From a virus (lineage: Duplodnaviria; Heunggongvirae; Uroviricota; Caudoviricetes): a stretch of 16,169 nt of DNA. The stretch lies in IMG/VR virus record IMGVR_UViG_2540341091_000001, positions 1 to 16,169 of that record; one strand, written 5' to 3'. Below the pieces are notes generated by a model. That model ran no database searches, was not told the origin of the DNA, and was given only the letters and a program-made list of their open reading frames with translations. Positions 15,794 to 16,169 of the stretch are shown here, piece by piece. A program made the position numbers and the translations under genes. The stretch's first letter is position 1, and the number at the start of each line of letters is the position of its first letter.

Positions 15794-15875
15794 CTTTTCA
15801 CCAAAAAGTAGTCAAATTCACCACGCCCTGCGCACCGTCGCGGGGCATTTTGCTGTTAAATCAATAGATTATTTT

Positions 15876-15890
15876 TGGCATGATTCTTGT
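15876..15890 (+). promoter_or_regulatory. candidate sigma54 (-24/-12) promoter of pspG
   Basis: TGGCAT-GATTC-TTGT approximates the TGGCAC-N5-TTGC sigma54 consensus (GT instead of GC at -13/-12), about 35 nt upstream of the pspG ATG. Confidence 0.35.
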
Positions 15891-15926
15891 AATGCCAGCA
15901 AGAGATTTCATATTTGGGAGAGCATC

Positions 15927-16169
15927 ATGCTGGAACTACTTTTTGTGTTTGGCTTTTTTGTCATGCTGATGGTCACCGGCGTTTCGTTGCTGGGCATTAT
16001 CGCCGCGCTGGTTGTGGCGACGGCCATTATGTTCCTCGGCGGTATGCTGGCATTGATGATTAAGTTGCTGCCGTGGTTACTACTGGCGATTGCGGTGGTG
16101 TGGGTTATTAAGGCGATTAAAGCACCAAAAGTGCCGAAATATCAGCGTTATGACCGCTGGCGTTACTAA
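15927..16169 (+). CDS. pspG: phage shock protein G
   Basis: 80 aa MLELLFVFGFFVMLMVTGVSLLGIIAALVVATAIMFLGG...KYQRYDRWRY; RBS GGGAGAG at 15915-15921. The track ORF from 15717 is an upstream extension. Confidence 0.85.
   Translation: MLELLFVFGFFVMLMVTGVSLLGIIAALVVATAIMFLGGMLALMIKLLPWLLLAIAVVWVIKAIKAPKVPKYQRYDRWRY

Noticed and set aside
15717-15926. Upstream extension of the pspG ORF
   Set aside because: pspG is an 80-aa protein starting MLELLF at 15927 with its own RBS; the extension covers the promoter region.
1-16169. CRISPR arrays, tRNA/tmRNA or rRNA genes
   Set aside because: No regularly spaced direct repeats and no tRNA-like T-arm/acceptor pattern found by eye; a proper tRNA or CRISPR scan was not run and would be needed to exclude them.

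Overview
This window reads as the right-hand part of a degraded lambdoid prophage or genomic island integrated at the 5' end of dusA, ending in core chromosome (dusA, pspG at 14756-16169). All protein identifications are from reading the supplied translations and DNA by eye and from remembered family signatures; no database search, HMM or folding was run. Left to right: a Panacea-domain protein plus a membrane-protein partner (possible toxin-antitoxin pair), a minus-strand early-left block (PrtN-like regulator, an AT-rich orphan membrane-anchored protein, YfdQ-like and YfdP-like proteins), a 600 bp structured non-coding leader, an immunity region (cI-like repressor and cro-like gene with four 17-bp operators of consensus TGTAYC-N5-GRTACA), then directly lom and a mosaic side tail fibre. 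Between the tail fibre and the integrase lies an accessory region with the most interesting content: a minus-strand two-gene module encoding a multi-pass membrane protein overlapping a non-retron reverse transcriptase of about 455 aa. The RT reading frame is broken exactly at an A_AAA_AAG heptamer, so it is either a homopolymer indel, a pseudogene, or a -1 frameshift-dependent gene. An intact IS2 sits immediately upstream of this module, separating it from a LexA-box-controlled dinI-like gene. No tRNA, rRNA or CRISPR array was seen.
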